The position numbers and the translations under genes were made by a program. A stretch of 64,000 nucleotides of DNA from Mobula hypostoma (taxonomy: Eukaryota). Location: positions 240,872,001 through 240,936,000 of the forward strand of contig NC_086097.1 of assembly GCF_963921235.1 (NCBI RefSeq). Direction: 5' to 3'. This document shows, piece by piece, positions 36,045 to 49,706 of the stretch. Below the pieces are notes generated by a model. It saw nothing but the letters and a program-made list of their open reading frames with translations. It was not told the origin of the DNA and made no database searches. Numbering within the stretch: position 1 is the first letter of the stretch; every line of letters starts with the position of its first letter.

Positions 36045-36480
36045 CTACTGGAAAAAAGGATGAGAAGTCAGAGTAGGAAGGTGGGGGGAGGGGAGGAAGA
36101 AGTACAAGGTAGTATGCAATAGGTGAAACCTGAGAGGGGGAGGGGTGAAGTAAAGAGCTGGGAAGCGGGGGAGGAGCACCAGAAGGAGATAAGGTGAGGG
36201 GGAAAGGGAAATGGGAATGGGGAATGGTGAAGGGGGCGGGGGGGAGCAATGACCGGAAGTTTGAGAAATCGACGTTCATGCCATCAGGTTGGAGGCTACG
36301 CAGATGGAATACTAGGTGTCGTTCCACCAACCTGAGTGTGGTGTTATTGCGAGAGAGGTGGCCATGGACTGACGTGTTGGAACGGGAATGGGAAGTAGAA
36401 TTGAAATGGGCGGCCACTGGGAGATCCTGCTTTTTCCGGTGGACGGAGCGCAGGTGCTTGGCGAAACGATCTCCCAATTT
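36045..36480 (-). mobile_element. PLE GIY-YIG C-terminal fragment and 3' UTR
   Basis: GDRFAKHLRSVHRKKQDLPVAAHFNSTSHS...LQPDGMNVDFSNFR, homologous to 15600-15829. Confidence 0.85.
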
Positions 36481-36959
36481 ACGTCAGACATGTCGTGGGT
36501 GATGGGTACTCTTAATGATGGATGCCGCCTTTCCTGAGGCATCGCTCCTTGAAGATGTCCCAGGTATGAGTCACACAAGATCATGGGTGGCATAGACAAG
36601 ATGAAAGTATATAGCCTTTCAAAGAGGGTTGCACAAAATGCGAGGAAATGGATTTAAGATCAGAAGCGAGAGACTTTAATGCAGGGGTTCCTAGCATTCT
36701 TAATGCCATGGACCTCTAACATTAACTGAGGGGTCCGTGGACCCCAGATTGGGAACTTCTGTATTAAAGGAACATCAGAAAGAACTTTACTGATATTGCA
36801 AAGGGTGGTGCATATTTGGAATTAGCTGCCAAATAATGGTTGAGGCAGGCATTTAAAAGCTATCTAGATCACTACATGGATAGAAGAGATTTGGAAGACT
36901 ATGGCCAAATACAGCCAGATGGGACTAGCTCGCAGGGCAACACAGTGATCAAGTTGGGG

Positions 36960-39500
36960 GCTGAAGGGTTTTAGGACTCAATGAACAGGAAATTATGAAA
37001 CATTCAGTTAACATGTTTGTCATAGAAAAAATGTGAGAAGCTGTCATTAAAGATGTTGTGGCTCCCCACTTTGAAAATACAAGGTAGTCAAGCAAAGTCA
37101 ATGTGGTTTCACATAAAAGGGAAATCTGTTTGACCAACTTATCAGAATTCTGTGAGAAGTTCTTTGTACAATGAATAAAGGGGAACCAGTGAATGTTCTA
37201 TACTTAGATTTCCAGCAGACAGTTGATAGTTAAAGGTTATTGTGGAAAATTTTTTAAAAAAAATATGGTGTGGGAGGTCACATATTTACATGGAGAGAAG
37301 ATTGGCAGACTATAGAGTGTAGGCATAAATAAGTCTTTTTTTCTGGTTAACAAAATTTAATGAGTAGTGTTGCCTCAGAAATCAAAGTTTTAGACACAAC
37401 TTTTAACAATTTATGGAATTACTTGAATGAAGGCATCAAAGTTGTTTATTATTTTTTCTTTAATTAGGTTCCTTTGGATTTCTTGCTTCGTGGCTACCTG
37501 TAAGCAAAAAAATCTCAAAGTCGTATCAATTATACATTCTTTGATAATAAATGTGCCTTGAACTTTGAAGTTACGATTGCTGACTTTGATGAGGACACAG
37601 AGGAAGTTATGAATGGTACAGAACAAACGGTACAAGGTATTTTTCCCCAAAGTACAAGTATGAAGAAAGAAAAAGTCCATGCTTGTAAAATTATCTAAAA
37701 GGTAAGATATCACAGAGCTCTGAGATGCACAGGGATCTGGGGTTCCTTGTGTAGGACTTGTAAAAAGCACTTATTTTCAGCTATAGGAAATAATTAGGGA
37801 AGGTAAGAGACCAATATTGGTTGTAAAAATTTGCCAAGGGTGGTGCATATTTGGAATTAGCTACCAAATAATGGTTGAGGCAGGCACTTAAGCAAACATT
37901 TAAAAGCCATCAAGATCACCACATGGATAGGAGAGGTCTGGAAGGCTGTGGCCAAATATGACCTGATGGGACTAGCTCGCAGGGCAACACGTGTACAAAC
38001 TGGGCCAGACAGCCTGTTTCCAGGCTTTAAGACTATGAACAGCAAAGAACAGAGCATTTTATCAGTCTTTGAGCACTACAGCGCAGAAACAAGCCCTTTG
38101 TCCCATCTAGTCCAAGCCAAACTATTTTTCCGCCTAGTCCCGGCAACTTGCACCTGGACCTCCGTACCACTCCCATTCGCATAGCTATTCAACTTTCTCT
38201 TGGACCCACAATCCACTGTTTCTACTAGCAACTCGCTCCACACTCTCACCACCTTAAGTTCCTCCCCTCAAACTTTTCACCTTTCACCCTTAACCCACAA
38301 CCTCTAGTTCTAGCTCATCCAACCTCAGTGGACAAAGTCTGCTTGCATTTACTTTGTCTACACCTCTCATAATTTTGTACACCTATATCACATCTCTGCT
38401 CACTCTCCTATGCTCCAGGGAATAAAGGGCTAATCTATTCAGCGTTATTAATTCAGACCCTCAAGTCCTGGCAACATCCTTGTAGATTTTCTTTGCACTC
38501 TTTCAATCTTATTGATATCTTTCCTGTAAGTAGGTGACCAGAACTGCACACAATGAAATCCAACAGAAAAGGAAAGGCAGTTATATAGGACATCGGTAAA
38601 ACCACATCTGGAGTACTATACGGTATCCAGTTTTGGTATCACTGTTTAAGGAAGAATATAGATGTTTTAAACATGCTCACAGGAAGTTTTACCAGACCAG
38701 TACCTGAATAAACAACTTGCCTTAACAGGAAAAACTGATAATCACTGGAATTCGAAGAGCAAGAGGGGTACCATTGAAATACAAAGCCCTAGGTATTTTC
38801 CCCTGTGGGTGAAATGTGGAACTCAGAATTAGCTGTCCATTTAAGATAGCTTGAGATAATTGATATTGAATCTACTTCGAACAAAGTACATATGCGTCAC
38901 CATATACAACCCTGAGGTTCATTTTCTAGCGGGCATACTCGAGTAATATTTTTCTCTCTGAGGAGTCACAAGTTTTCGGAACACTTTCTCAAAGGATACT
39001 ATATAGAATATATAACATTACAACACAGTACAGGCCCTTAGGCCTTCAGGCCCACAATATTGTGCAGATCTTTTGACCTATTCCGAGAGCAATCTAAACC
39101 CTTCCTTCCCACATAACCCTCCATTTTTTTAAAATCATCCATATGTCTATCTAAGAGGTTCTTAAATGCCCCTGATGCATCTCCCTCTGGCAGCACATTC
39201 CACACACTTACCGCATCGTCATTAGACATGCTCTCTAATCCAGCCAGCATCCGAGTAAATCTCCCCTGCAGCCTCTTTGATGCTTCCATTTGCAGACTTA
39301 CAAATGTTTAGTTTTACTCTCTAGAGTGCAGTAGAAGGGGAACCTTTGAATATTTTGAGGCAGAGCTAGAAAGATTCTAGACAAGACCGGGAGATGAAAG
39401 GTTACCTGGATGCAGGACTATGAAGATTGAGATACAGTCAGATCAGCACTGATTTTATAAACTGGAGAAGCTGACTCAAGGAGTAGAATGGCCTCCCCTC
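36960..39500 (+). mobile_element. Old CR1 RT region fragmented by younger CR1 and Rex1 insertions (minus-strand CR1 at ~38050-38555 and ~39010-39295)
   Basis: KGKS.LTNL.EF, YLDFQ and KPHLEY motifs. Confidence 0.6.
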
Positions 39501-40029
39501 CCCACTGTGGCAAGTCCCTAATCAATCCCAAGCCAATGGACTATCAAAGTTTATTCTCCAATTGTAGCACATAAAAGCATGGTTGAGTTGAATTGTTCTC
39601 CGAACTAGGCAACTTACTCGCAAATGTTTTGTCACCAATTGAGGAGACATTGTCCGAATTATTTCTACATATAAGCAAGTTAGATCATGCTAGCAAAGCG
39701 TGTTCCAGGTCAGTAGGTATCCTTCAGGAAGTTGCCCAGTCATTTCCAGGCCTACTCCAAAGACCTAGTTCACATTCACTCAGCATCATACGCAAACCTG
39801 ATCAATGTACAAAACGGTGATTTTAATTATTAACAACATATTGTGGATCAAGAACCTATTACCTTTCATAAGTAGATATTGCTTTACTAAAAGCACATTT
39901 TACTATCTTGGTTTTTTGTTCATGATTTAAAGGGATACTGTATGAGAGTCTCAACATTCAGAGATAACTGCAGACTGCTCAGTCACCTCCCAAGTCCTCA
40001 GAATGTGCTGCAACGAATTCTGTATGAGA

Positions 40030-40485
40030 ATGGTTCTGGGGATGAAATGGTTAATGTATGAGGGGCAATTGATGTCCCTGGGCCTGTAATCACTGGAATT
40101 CAGAAGATTGGGGTGGAGCTAATTGAAACCTGTTAAATATTGAAAGGCCTAGATAGAGTGGATGTGGAGAGAATGTTTCCAATAGTGACAGTGTCTAGGA
40201 ACAGACTCCGAATAGAAGGATGTCCCTTTACAACAGAAATGAGAAGTAAATTCTTCAACCAGGGGATGGTGAATCTGTGGAATTAACAGGCAGCTGTGGA
40301 GGCCAAGAAATTGGGTATATTTAAAAAGAAGGATGATAGGTTGTTTATCTATAAGGACATCAAAGATAATGGGGAGGAGGTAGGAGAATGGGATTGAGAT
40401 GGATAATAAATCAGACGTTACAAAATGACATAGTATACCTGATGGACCAAATGGCCTAATTCTGCTCTAATGTTTTATGGTCTTT
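40030..40485 (+). mobile_element. CR1/HER1-type LINE 3' fragment
   Basis: LIET..ILKGLDRVDVERMFP and tail GGCCTAATTCTGCTC. Confidence 0.8.
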
Positions 40486-41871
40486 ATCCGGTCAAGAGCA
40501 GTTAAGATGTTCCTTCGACAGATGCCTTGTGGTGAGGCAGCTGTCAGTATGCTACGGCAACACAGGGTACATCATCAACCTTAGGGTAGGAGGCACAGGG
40601 GAAGCCTTCTCAGAAGAGGCACATTCCCCAGAGACACCACACCCTGCCTGCAGCCTGATGCATTCACAAGCTTAGGTGTCGCAAGGCCCCCACTGAGACG
40701 AGTGACATTAACCTTAACCTTGTGCCCAGAGTGCCAAGGTCAATCCACTTTCAACTTGCTCGCAGCAGGACTTTTCCCCAAGGGGGGGACACAGAAGAGT
40801 TTTGCCATGTCACACAACTTGCTGCTTACTGCAACATCGCATACATCACCCAGATACACGACTCACAGAGGGACGACATACACTTCACTGTCAGTGAGGG
40901 AGCCTTCACACAAATCATAGTTCAAAGATCTTCTCTCCTTGAAGGTCAGCTGCTGATGCCTCTGCAAGTGGACAACAAACCCCGCTATCTGAATGTGAGA
41001 GTTCATGCCCTCTACACTCCTGTCTGACTCTCTTCTCTATCAATCACAAGTTCAAGTTCAGTTTATTGTCATTCAACCATACACATGCATACCGCCTAAC
41101 AAAACAACTTTCCTCCAGACCTGGGTGCACACCAGCGTACATATAACCCACACACAACACAAATGAATAATATCACAAATAAACTGACAAACAATAAGAT
41201 GCATTTATGATACAGGTTAAACTGTGAACAGTATAACGCTACTAGCGCTTCATACATTATGTGACTGGGGTGATGGCCAGATCACTATGTGTTTGTTGCT
41301 GTCTGGGACAGTACCTTTAAAAAAATGGTGAACAAGGCGCCGGAATGGGCAACAGTAGCCAAAGAGCTTTCAGGAATGAATACAGCAATGTTTTAAAGGA
41401 GTTTAAACTCTGATGAAACCCATCTTCTAATTCAGGGGTTCCCAACTATTTTTTATGCCATGGACCAATGCCATTAAGCAAGGGGTCTGTGGAGCCCAAG
41501 GCTGGGATTCCCTAGTCTAGCTTAGATCTCTTGCTATCAAGAGCTTAAATATTGACATGTCTACAATTTAAATCACTTTAGAAAGTGAGAAAATGAAAAG
41601 TCATTGTGGCTAGAATTCAAACTTAGATTCCCAGATTTGCCACACACGACTTGTGGTACAAATTAAAACTGACTGTTCCTCTTGTCAGGTACCTAATAGG
41701 GGATGATTCCACACCATGGGTTTTCCCACTGAGTCGTTTCTGCTTTATTTCCATATATGTTTAGTTTTCACTCTCTGTGTTATACTAATCGGCACAAACA
41801 GGTCTGTGGAGTATTCATTCAAGCATCTTTGCAATGTGCAGAAGATATTGTTTCCCTGTTATTAGACTATA

Positions 41872-42340
41872 CACTCAGTGCCCATTTTATTAGGTACCTC
41901 CTTCACTGCTGTGAAGTTCATTAATCACAGTTCAGACTGTGGTCGGGAAGCTGCAATCACCTCAGCAGGGAAGTTTCCTCTTCTTAACTGCTACCGAGTG
42001 AATGCTGATGGGCAGAATACACCCAGCCCCTCCTGTACCCAATAAAGTGGCCACCGAGTGCAAGTTTGCAGCCTGCTGCTGCTGTCGCCCAATCAATTCA
42101 AGGCTCGACGTGTTGTGCATTCAGAGATAACCTTCTGCACACCACTGTGGTGAAGTGTGGATATTGGAGTTATTGTCGTCTTCCCGTCAGCTTGAGCTAG
42201 TCTGGCCATTCTTCTCTGACTGGCAAGGCCCACTCACTGGATGTTGTTTTTCACACCAATCTCTGTAAGTTCTAAAAACTTGTGCATGAAAATCCCAGTA
42301 GATCAGCAGTTTCCGAGATACTCAAACCGCCCCAATCCTA
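41872..42340. mobile_element. Non-autonomous Tc1-like element
   Basis: CACTCAGTGCCCATTTTATTAGGTAC ... GTACCCAATAAAGTGGCCACCGAGTG (42035-42060), followed by the same body as 4590-4800. Confidence 0.7.
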
Positions 42341-42554
42341 TTTTATGTTTGACTGCAGAGCAAAGCTAGTGTTAGAACTGTATTTTCATGGGCCGGTACA
42401 GTAGCTCATATCAGTGGATGAGCAGGCCATGGGAGGATTAAGTGAAGGCTGAGAGAAGTCACAATCAGATGTATTTTTGCCCACCAAAGTCCATCCCAAA
42501 GTGTTCTTGGAACAGGTCAAGAATACAGTCAACACAAGAGCACGAGAATACAGA

Positions 42555-43160
42555 AACACACAAAATGCTGGACAAACTCAGCAAATCACACAGTAATCCT
42601 TGGAGGGACATAAGCAGTCAATGTTTCTGGCTGGGACCCTTAATCAGGACTGGAAAGGAAGGGGATAGAAGCCAGAATAGGAAGGCTGGAGGAGGGGAAG
42701 GAGTACAAGCTGTCAGGTGATAGGTGGAATCAGGTGAGGGAGAAGGTGGGTGGGTGCTGAAAATGGGGGGGGGGAGATGAAGTGAGAAGCTGGGAGGCGA
42801 TAGGTGGAAGAATTCGAGGACTGAAGGAGGATTCCAGTAAGAGAGGAGAGTGGGTCGTTGGAGAAAAGGGAAGGAGGAAGGGCACTAAAGGAAGCTGAAT
42901 AGAAGGTAAGGGTTTAGAGTGAAGCAAGAATGGGGAATGGAAAGGGAGAGAAATTACCAGAAGTTAGAGAATTCAATGATCATGCGTCAGGTTGGAGGCT
43001 ACAGAGACAGAATAGGAAGTGTCGCTCCTCCAGCCTGAGAGTGGCATTGCAGGAAGCTATAGATCAACATGTCAGAATTTCAATGGGTAGAGTAGTAGAA
43101 TTAAAGTGGATTGCCACTGGGAAATCCTACCTGTTGTGGCAAATGGAGCAAAGGTGCTCA
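42555..43160 (-). mobile_element. PLE 3' fragment with degenerate hammerhead
   Basis: Antisense GIY-YIG C-terminus and UTR. Reverse complement of ~42615-42652 reads CCAGTC-CTGATTA-AGGGTCCCAGCCA-GAAACATTGACTG. Confidence 0.75.
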
Positions 43161-46048
43161 CTTGATGTTCCCTAAACATCTTCCTTGATTCAGTAAGGTC
43201 ACAACTGATCATTCACAGTGGCACTACTCTCCCGTACAAATGAAATACCCTGTGATTTCCCTCAATATCTGAAGACCTAAGTACTACCACCCTGAATATA
43301 CTCAGTCACCAAGTCTCTGGGACCATCTGCAGAACTCACCGCCTACTGAATGAAGTATCTTCCCTACGCTGCCCGTACCTAGAGGCTATGACCTCTGGTT
43401 CGGGGCACTCCACAGCCAGAGGAAACAGCACTTCCACATCTACAAAACTCACTTTCTTTTTAAAACACATCACTTGCATTAACAAAGTACTGGAATACTT
43501 GGCACTTTTCAGTACATTAACTTGGTGTCTGTGGTGTCAGCCACTGTTTGGGAGATATTGCTGGAGATGTGAACCTTAAGCTAGCTCGTTGACAAGGAGA
43601 ATTCCTCCAGCAGACAGTCATTCAGGATGAGGCTTATGACTGCTGACATATGCCATGAACCTTGTTTTGTGCAATGGTACAATACAAGATAAAAATATGT
43701 AGTGTAGAAGAGGAAGAGAGTCATAGAAAAGTACAGAACAGAAACAGGCCCTTCAGCACATCTAGTCCATGCTGAACCATTTATACTGCCTACACCCATT
43801 CACTTGCACTGGGACCATAGCCCTCCATATCCCTACTATCCATGCCCCTATCCAAACTTCTCTTAAACTGTGAAATCCAGCTCGTTTGCAGCACGTGCAC
43901 TGGCAGCTCATTCCACACTCTCATGACCTTCTAAGTGAAGTAGTTTCCCCTCTTGTTCCCCTTACACTTTTTACCTTTCACCCTTAACAAATGACATTCA
44001 GTTGTATATAATGAGGATGCATTCATGGACCATTCAGAAATCTGATGGCGGAGGGAAAGAAGTTCCCAAAATATTGATTGAGTCTGCTCCTAGAACATTG
44101 AGTGTGGGCCTTCAGCCTCCTGTACCTCCTCCCCAATGCTAGTAATTAAAAGGAGGCATGTCTTAGATGTGAGTGGTTTTAAAGATGGATGCCTCCTCCT
44201 TGAGGCACTGCCTTTTGAAGATGTTCTCGATGGCGAGGAGGCTTGTGCCTGTGATGAAGGTGGCTGCATCTACAACGGTTCGGGGGCAGTCTCAGCTTGC
44301 GCCTACTAACCTGGCAAAAGCAGCCACTGCTCTCTCACCCTCCTGATTCATACATACCATACCACCCAAGAACATCCACTGTAAATCTTTTTAATGTAAA
44401 CAATTCTTTTAAAGAAATCTTTTGCCACAACTGAGGAAAATCCAGAAATCCCACAAAAAGTTTTGAAGAATTATTTCCAAAGTTAACAGTGTGGAAAGAT
44501 GACTCCATCAGTGAGCCATTGTGCCACATCTCACATTTCCCACGATCATGTGGCATCTTTCATTAAGGACCCTCACTATCCGAGACATGTCGTCTTCTCA
44601 TTACTACCAACAGGGAGGAGGACCAGGAGCCTGAGGACCCAGATACGTTTTATGAACAGCTTGTTCCCCTCTGAATGGCGTGTGAACACACTACCTCGCG
44701 ACTTCACTTCTCAATTCATCCTCCCCTCCCTCCACACTTCTTATTCTGGCTTCTCCCAGTTCCGATGAAGGGTGCTGGCCTGAAACATCGACCGTTTATT
44801 CCTCTCCATAGATACTGCCTGACCTGCTGAGTTCCTCAGCATTTTGCCTGAGCCGCTCTGAAAAAAAACTCTAAAATAAGACAGAATAAATAGTGCAAAA
44901 GCAGAGTAACATACATTAAATGCTAAAAAGATGTCAAGAATACAGAGCGGGTTGGGTAGCAAAATGGAGAGACAAAAACAACCAAAATGTTCTGATGGTC
45001 TAAAGTTGCAAGTCGGCAACATTTCATCAGAACCTAATTATGTCACAGCTCCTGGACGGGTTTTCCAGCCTGGGTCAACAGACCCCTCATTTAATGGTAG
45101 GGGTCCATAGCAATAAAAAAAAAATTGGGAACGCCTGCATTGTTTTACTGCTGATGAAACAAATTTCAAAGTAAATTTATTATCAAAGTATGTATATGTC
45201 ACCATCAACTACCCTAAGATTCATTTCCGTCATTAAAGGCCCCTATCACCCAGAACATGCCCTGTTCTCATAAGGAAGGAGGTACAGACGCCTGTGGGTA
45301 CACACACAATAATTCAGGAACAACTTCTTCCCCTCTGCCATCCGATTTCTGAATGAACATTGAACCCATGAACTCTACCTCTACTTTCCCCTCTTTTTGC
45401 ACTACTTATTCAATTTAACTTAAAAATATACATTTACTGTAACTTAGTTTTTAATCTATTGCAATGTACTGCTGCATAACAACAAATTTCATGCCAGATA
45501 TATCAAAACTGATTCTGACTCACGTCAGTCCAATTCTATCATTTCCTTCATGCCCAGGGAAGCAGCTGAGGCTTCTTCGCTAAATATATTTAAGATACAG
45601 TTAGATAGATTTTTACATAGTAAGGGAATTAAGGGTTACGGGGGAAAGGCAGGTAGATGGAGCTGAGTTTACGGACAGATCAGCCATAATATTATTGCAT
45701 GGCGGGGCAGGCTCGATGGGCTGGATGGCCTCCTCCTGCTCCTATTTCTTATGTTCTTCCCCTCACCTTACCTTGCTTCCTATTTAACTCCGCAATTTGA
45801 TCACTTGCAGTGTCCCTCCATTCCCTTTAGATTTGCCAAGTGGTTTTACAGTAGCCCTCAGCTTATTTGCACATTTCAGGGTTGTGGGAGGGAAGCAAAG
45901 CACCCAGGGCAGACTCGACCACTTGGTTACGGGGAGAATGCACAAGCTCCACAGAGACTGTGCCCATGGTCAGGACAGAACTTTGAACTCTGAACCTGGG
46001 TCTCAGCAGCAGTGAGGAAATGGAGTTAATTGATGCATATTCATTTGT

Positions 46049-46343
46049 GTGGGCATGTGGCCAAGTGGTTAAGACACTGGACTCGGGACCTGAAGGTCAT
46101 GAGTTCGAGCCCCAGCCGAGGGAACGTGTTGTGTCCTTGAGCAAGGCACTTAATCACACATTGCTCTGTGACGACACTGGTGCTAATGCCCTTCCCTTGG
46201 ACAACATTGGTGTCATGGAGAGGGGAGATTTGCAGCACGGGCAACTGCCAGTCTTCCATACAACCTTGCCCAGGCCCGCGCCCTGGAGAGTGAAGACTTT
46301 CCAGGCGCAGATCCATGGTCTCGCAAGACTAACGGATGCCTCC
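46049..46343 (+). mobile_element. tRNA-derived CORE-SINE with RTE-like tail
   Basis: Same family as 17247-17560. TSD-like TATT(C/A)ATTT at 46038-46046 / 46344-46352. Confidence 0.82.
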
Positions 46344-46475
46344 TATTAATTTTCACTTTTATAATTTGGAATTTGTTGTGAATACAGAATCAGTTTTGCT
46401 ATGACTGATGCATGCTGGGAAATGTGTTGGTTTGTAGAAGCTGCAGAGTGCAATACATAAAAAATTACTAACACC

Positions 46476-46662
46476 AACACAAGAGATTCTGCAGATGCTG
46501 GAAATCTTGAGCAACACACAGACAAAATGATGGAGGAACTCAGCAAGACTAGAAGCGTCTATGGAGAGGAATAAACAGTAGATGTTTCGGGTTGAGGTCT
46601 GTTATGATTCCTGATGAAGGGTCTCGGCCCGAAATGTCAAATGCTCATTCCCCCTCCATGGA
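46476..46662. mobile_element. Palindromic PLE-tail/hammerhead mini-element
   Basis: CTGATGA 46611-46617, GGGTCTCGGCCC, GAAA 46631-46634, preceded by an inverted arm. Confidence 0.7.
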
Positions 46663-47838
46663 GACATGACAGCTGAAATCGATGTTTCAAAAATTGGGAG
46701 AGTACAAGGCAAAAATGTATTTGAAGGACAGGCCAAGGACAAGTTGGGACATCCCTGTCAGTTATTAGGTGACCTCCTGATCTTCACCAGCCCAGCTCAG
46801 ACAGGAGAAATGGCACCTTTGGTGAGGTAGTTGATTGTTCTGGCATCTTTCCAAGCTACAAGACAGGAAGAGAAAACGAGGAAAGAAATAAAACTCAGTA
46901 ATTAGCACTGTTGCCTTTCAGAAAGACTGAAAAACGGAAATAGACTGCTGTTTACTTAATCAGAAGTGTTGAATCATCAATTAATTAGATTTTTGTTCTC
47001 TCTCTCAAAACCAAATCACATGCCCAAATCAAACCCCACTCCTTTACCAATCACACTTAGTACAATTTTGAGAATTGTTAGTCGTTACAGATACTTAGCA
47101 AATTTTTCCTACAAGTAAAACTGTTTTTTTTTGGTTGAATCCTGACAAGAACTCTGCAGCAATTACCATACAGATTCATGCACAAAGCCTTGACCCATAC
47201 TGTGGCACCTCAGTCAAGACTGCCTCGATTTACAATACTTCTTCCAACAGGAGTAACCATAGCAACTCCAGCTAACTCTTCTTTCAAACTATTGCAGTAC
47301 TTCTCTCCCACGGTTTGAGCTGGTTGCAAAGCAACACACTCCGAAAACCTTTTGTGAGCCAATGGTCACACTGATAATCTGGTAATAGGAAATAATCTAA
47401 GGCTATTGCACACATTCCAGGGCAACAGAGTGCTTTTTACTTGACCTTTCATTTATACTTTCCAAAGGCAGTCTTCCAAAGAAAGCAGTGGAGAGAACAA
47501 AAAGAAGAAATTCTTCAATATGCTTTTGGAGCATTTATACAGCTACCTGTTCATTGTCAGCAGGGACAAAACTAGACTGAACATGTATGGTTGCCAAATA
47601 ATTTGTGGCAAAAACTCCAATCCTTTTTGATTTTCAAAACAAAAACTGATTAATTTTCAACTGGAACTCCTTCACAATTCTGTCTCTTTATAAACCAAAT
47701 ACAATGGTAAGTATATGGAGGGCTACAGTCCTGGTGAAGGTCAATGGGGGCAGGCAGTTTAAATGGTTCAGCACAGACTAAATGGGCTGAACGGCCTGTT
47801 TCTGTGCTGTACTCTTCTATAACTCTAACGTTTTTGTC

Positions 47839-48140
47839 CTTTAGTCAGAGGGCTTTAGTCAAGCGCTTTAGTCAAGCACTTTAGTCAGAGGGTCAGAGGG
47901 TCAGAGGGTGCTAAATCTGTGGAATTTGTTGCCACGAGTGGCTGTGGAGGCCAAGTCATTGGGTGTATTTAAGGCAGAGATTGATAGGTTCTTGAATAGC
48001 CAGGGCATCAAAGGGTATGGGGAGAAGACAGGGGAGTGGGGATGACCGGAAGAATTGAATCAGTCCATGATTGAATGGCAGAGCAGACTCGATAGGCCGA
48101 ACGGCCTACTTCTGCTCCTATATCTTATGGTCTTATGGTC
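47839..48140 (+). mobile_element. CR1/HER1 3' fragment with tandem microduplications at its 5' junction
   Basis: CTTTAGTCA x4 and TCAGAGGG x3, then CR1 tail ending (TCTTATGG)2. Confidence 0.8.
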
Positions 48141-48794
48141 CTGGATTCAATGGCATAAAACTGCTTTAACATTGCTTTCTTGAGTGATGCGTCAACTTAA
48201 AATGGAGTTTGAGTCAAGTCTGAAAACCTGAATATAATCCATAAATATATGGAATTAAAATCCTTCTATTTCTTCATAATCAAGAGCTACATTTTCAGAA
48301 ATGAACATAAGACATTACAACTCAGTACAGGACCTTCAGCCCATGATGATAGACCATAAGACATTCAGAAGTTAAGATTCATACACAACCTTGAGATTTG
48401 TTTGTTCACAGGTAGCCACAAAGTAAGAAACCCAAAAGTACACAATTAAAGAAAAAAAATAAAAATAAAAGACCAACACTTGATGCACGAGAAAGAAAAA
48501 CAAATCATGCCAAAAATTGAAGAGAACAATAACAGCATTCTGAACCAAAATTGCGTCCTTATGAAGCCCTTAGCAGCCTGGAGTAGGCCCAAAGCCTTGC
48601 TGATCAGTTCATCATATTAACGGGCACTGAGCAAAGCAGCTAGGCAGAATTCATCGCCTCTGCGCCATGGAGATGACTGTTGCAGAGACAGAGTGAAACC
48701 TGTTTTGTTCCAACCAACGTTCCTGTCTTTTCAGTCTACCTGGGCCAGCATTTAAATTGACCCAACAACAGAACAGCAAAAGACTCCGGCACCC

Positions 48795-48796
<2 letters not shown>

Positions 48797-48826
<30 letters not shown>
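48797..48826. repeat. (GA)n microsatellite
   Basis: About 15 GA units. Confidence 0.95.
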
Positions 48827-48829
<3 letters not shown>

Positions 48830-49450
48830 AGATCGCGAAGAGTGAGCAAGATGGGCTCTTGCCTCGATCTGGGTCCATACTTAAATTGTCTAAACAGCAT
48901 AACGTATCTTGCACTAGGACCTGGCTGCTATAAGTGGCTCCGGCCTAGACCACGCTGCCTGCTGACTCGCTCCGTGCCCAGATATTGTTGCCCAGCCTGA
49001 AGCCACTCTCTAGCTCTTGATCGCTCTGAGCACCGAGCTGATCTGAAACTTGCACCTGGGCCAGTCAAACAAGCATCTGAACTTCTCAGCCCGGGCCCCG
49101 ACTTCTCCTTTCGGTGCTGAGCAATCCAACCTCGTACCTGGGCCAGCTGGACAGGCATCAGAACTCCATCTACAACACACCACCTTGGCTCGTCCTCCGA
49201 TCGCCTCACCATCGCCCACCTCTTCACTGTTTGCGGTGATAATTTAAAACAATTTACCACGGCAAAGGAATTTTTAGTGATGTTTTTAAGTCACAGAATT
49301 AGGCAACTTGGCCTATAGAGTCTGCTCTGCCATTTCATCATAGTTGATTTATTATCTTTCTCAACCCCATCCTCCTCCCTTCTTCCTTTAACCTTTACTA
49401 AAATCAAGAACCTATCAACCTCCACTTTAAATATACCCAATGACTTGACC

Positions 49451-49706
49451 CAGAAGAAGGAACTAATAGTAGCTGAGGTGAATTCTTCCTCGCAAAAATC
49501 ATAGTGTGATAGAATAGTGGTTAACACAGCGCTTTACAGTACCAGCTGCCTGTAAGGTGTTTGCACGTTCTCCCAATGACCACATAAGTTTCCTCTGGGT
49601 GCCCAGGTTTCCTCCCACAGTGCAGACATACCAGTTGGTAGGTTAATTGGTTATTGTAAATTGTCCCAAAATTAGGCTAGGATTTAATCAGGGGAATCAA
49701 TCAATC
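49451..49706 (+). mobile_element. V-SINE inserted in a minus-strand CR1 tail
   Basis: V-domain TTTCCTCTGGGTGCCCAGGTTTCCTCCCACAG and (ATCA)n tail. Confidence 0.75.

Noticed and set aside
47839..47908. CRISPR-like repeat array (also 28414-28856)
   Set aside because: Eukaryotic DNA, no regular unique spacers and no cas genes; explained by transposon junctions and TIRs.
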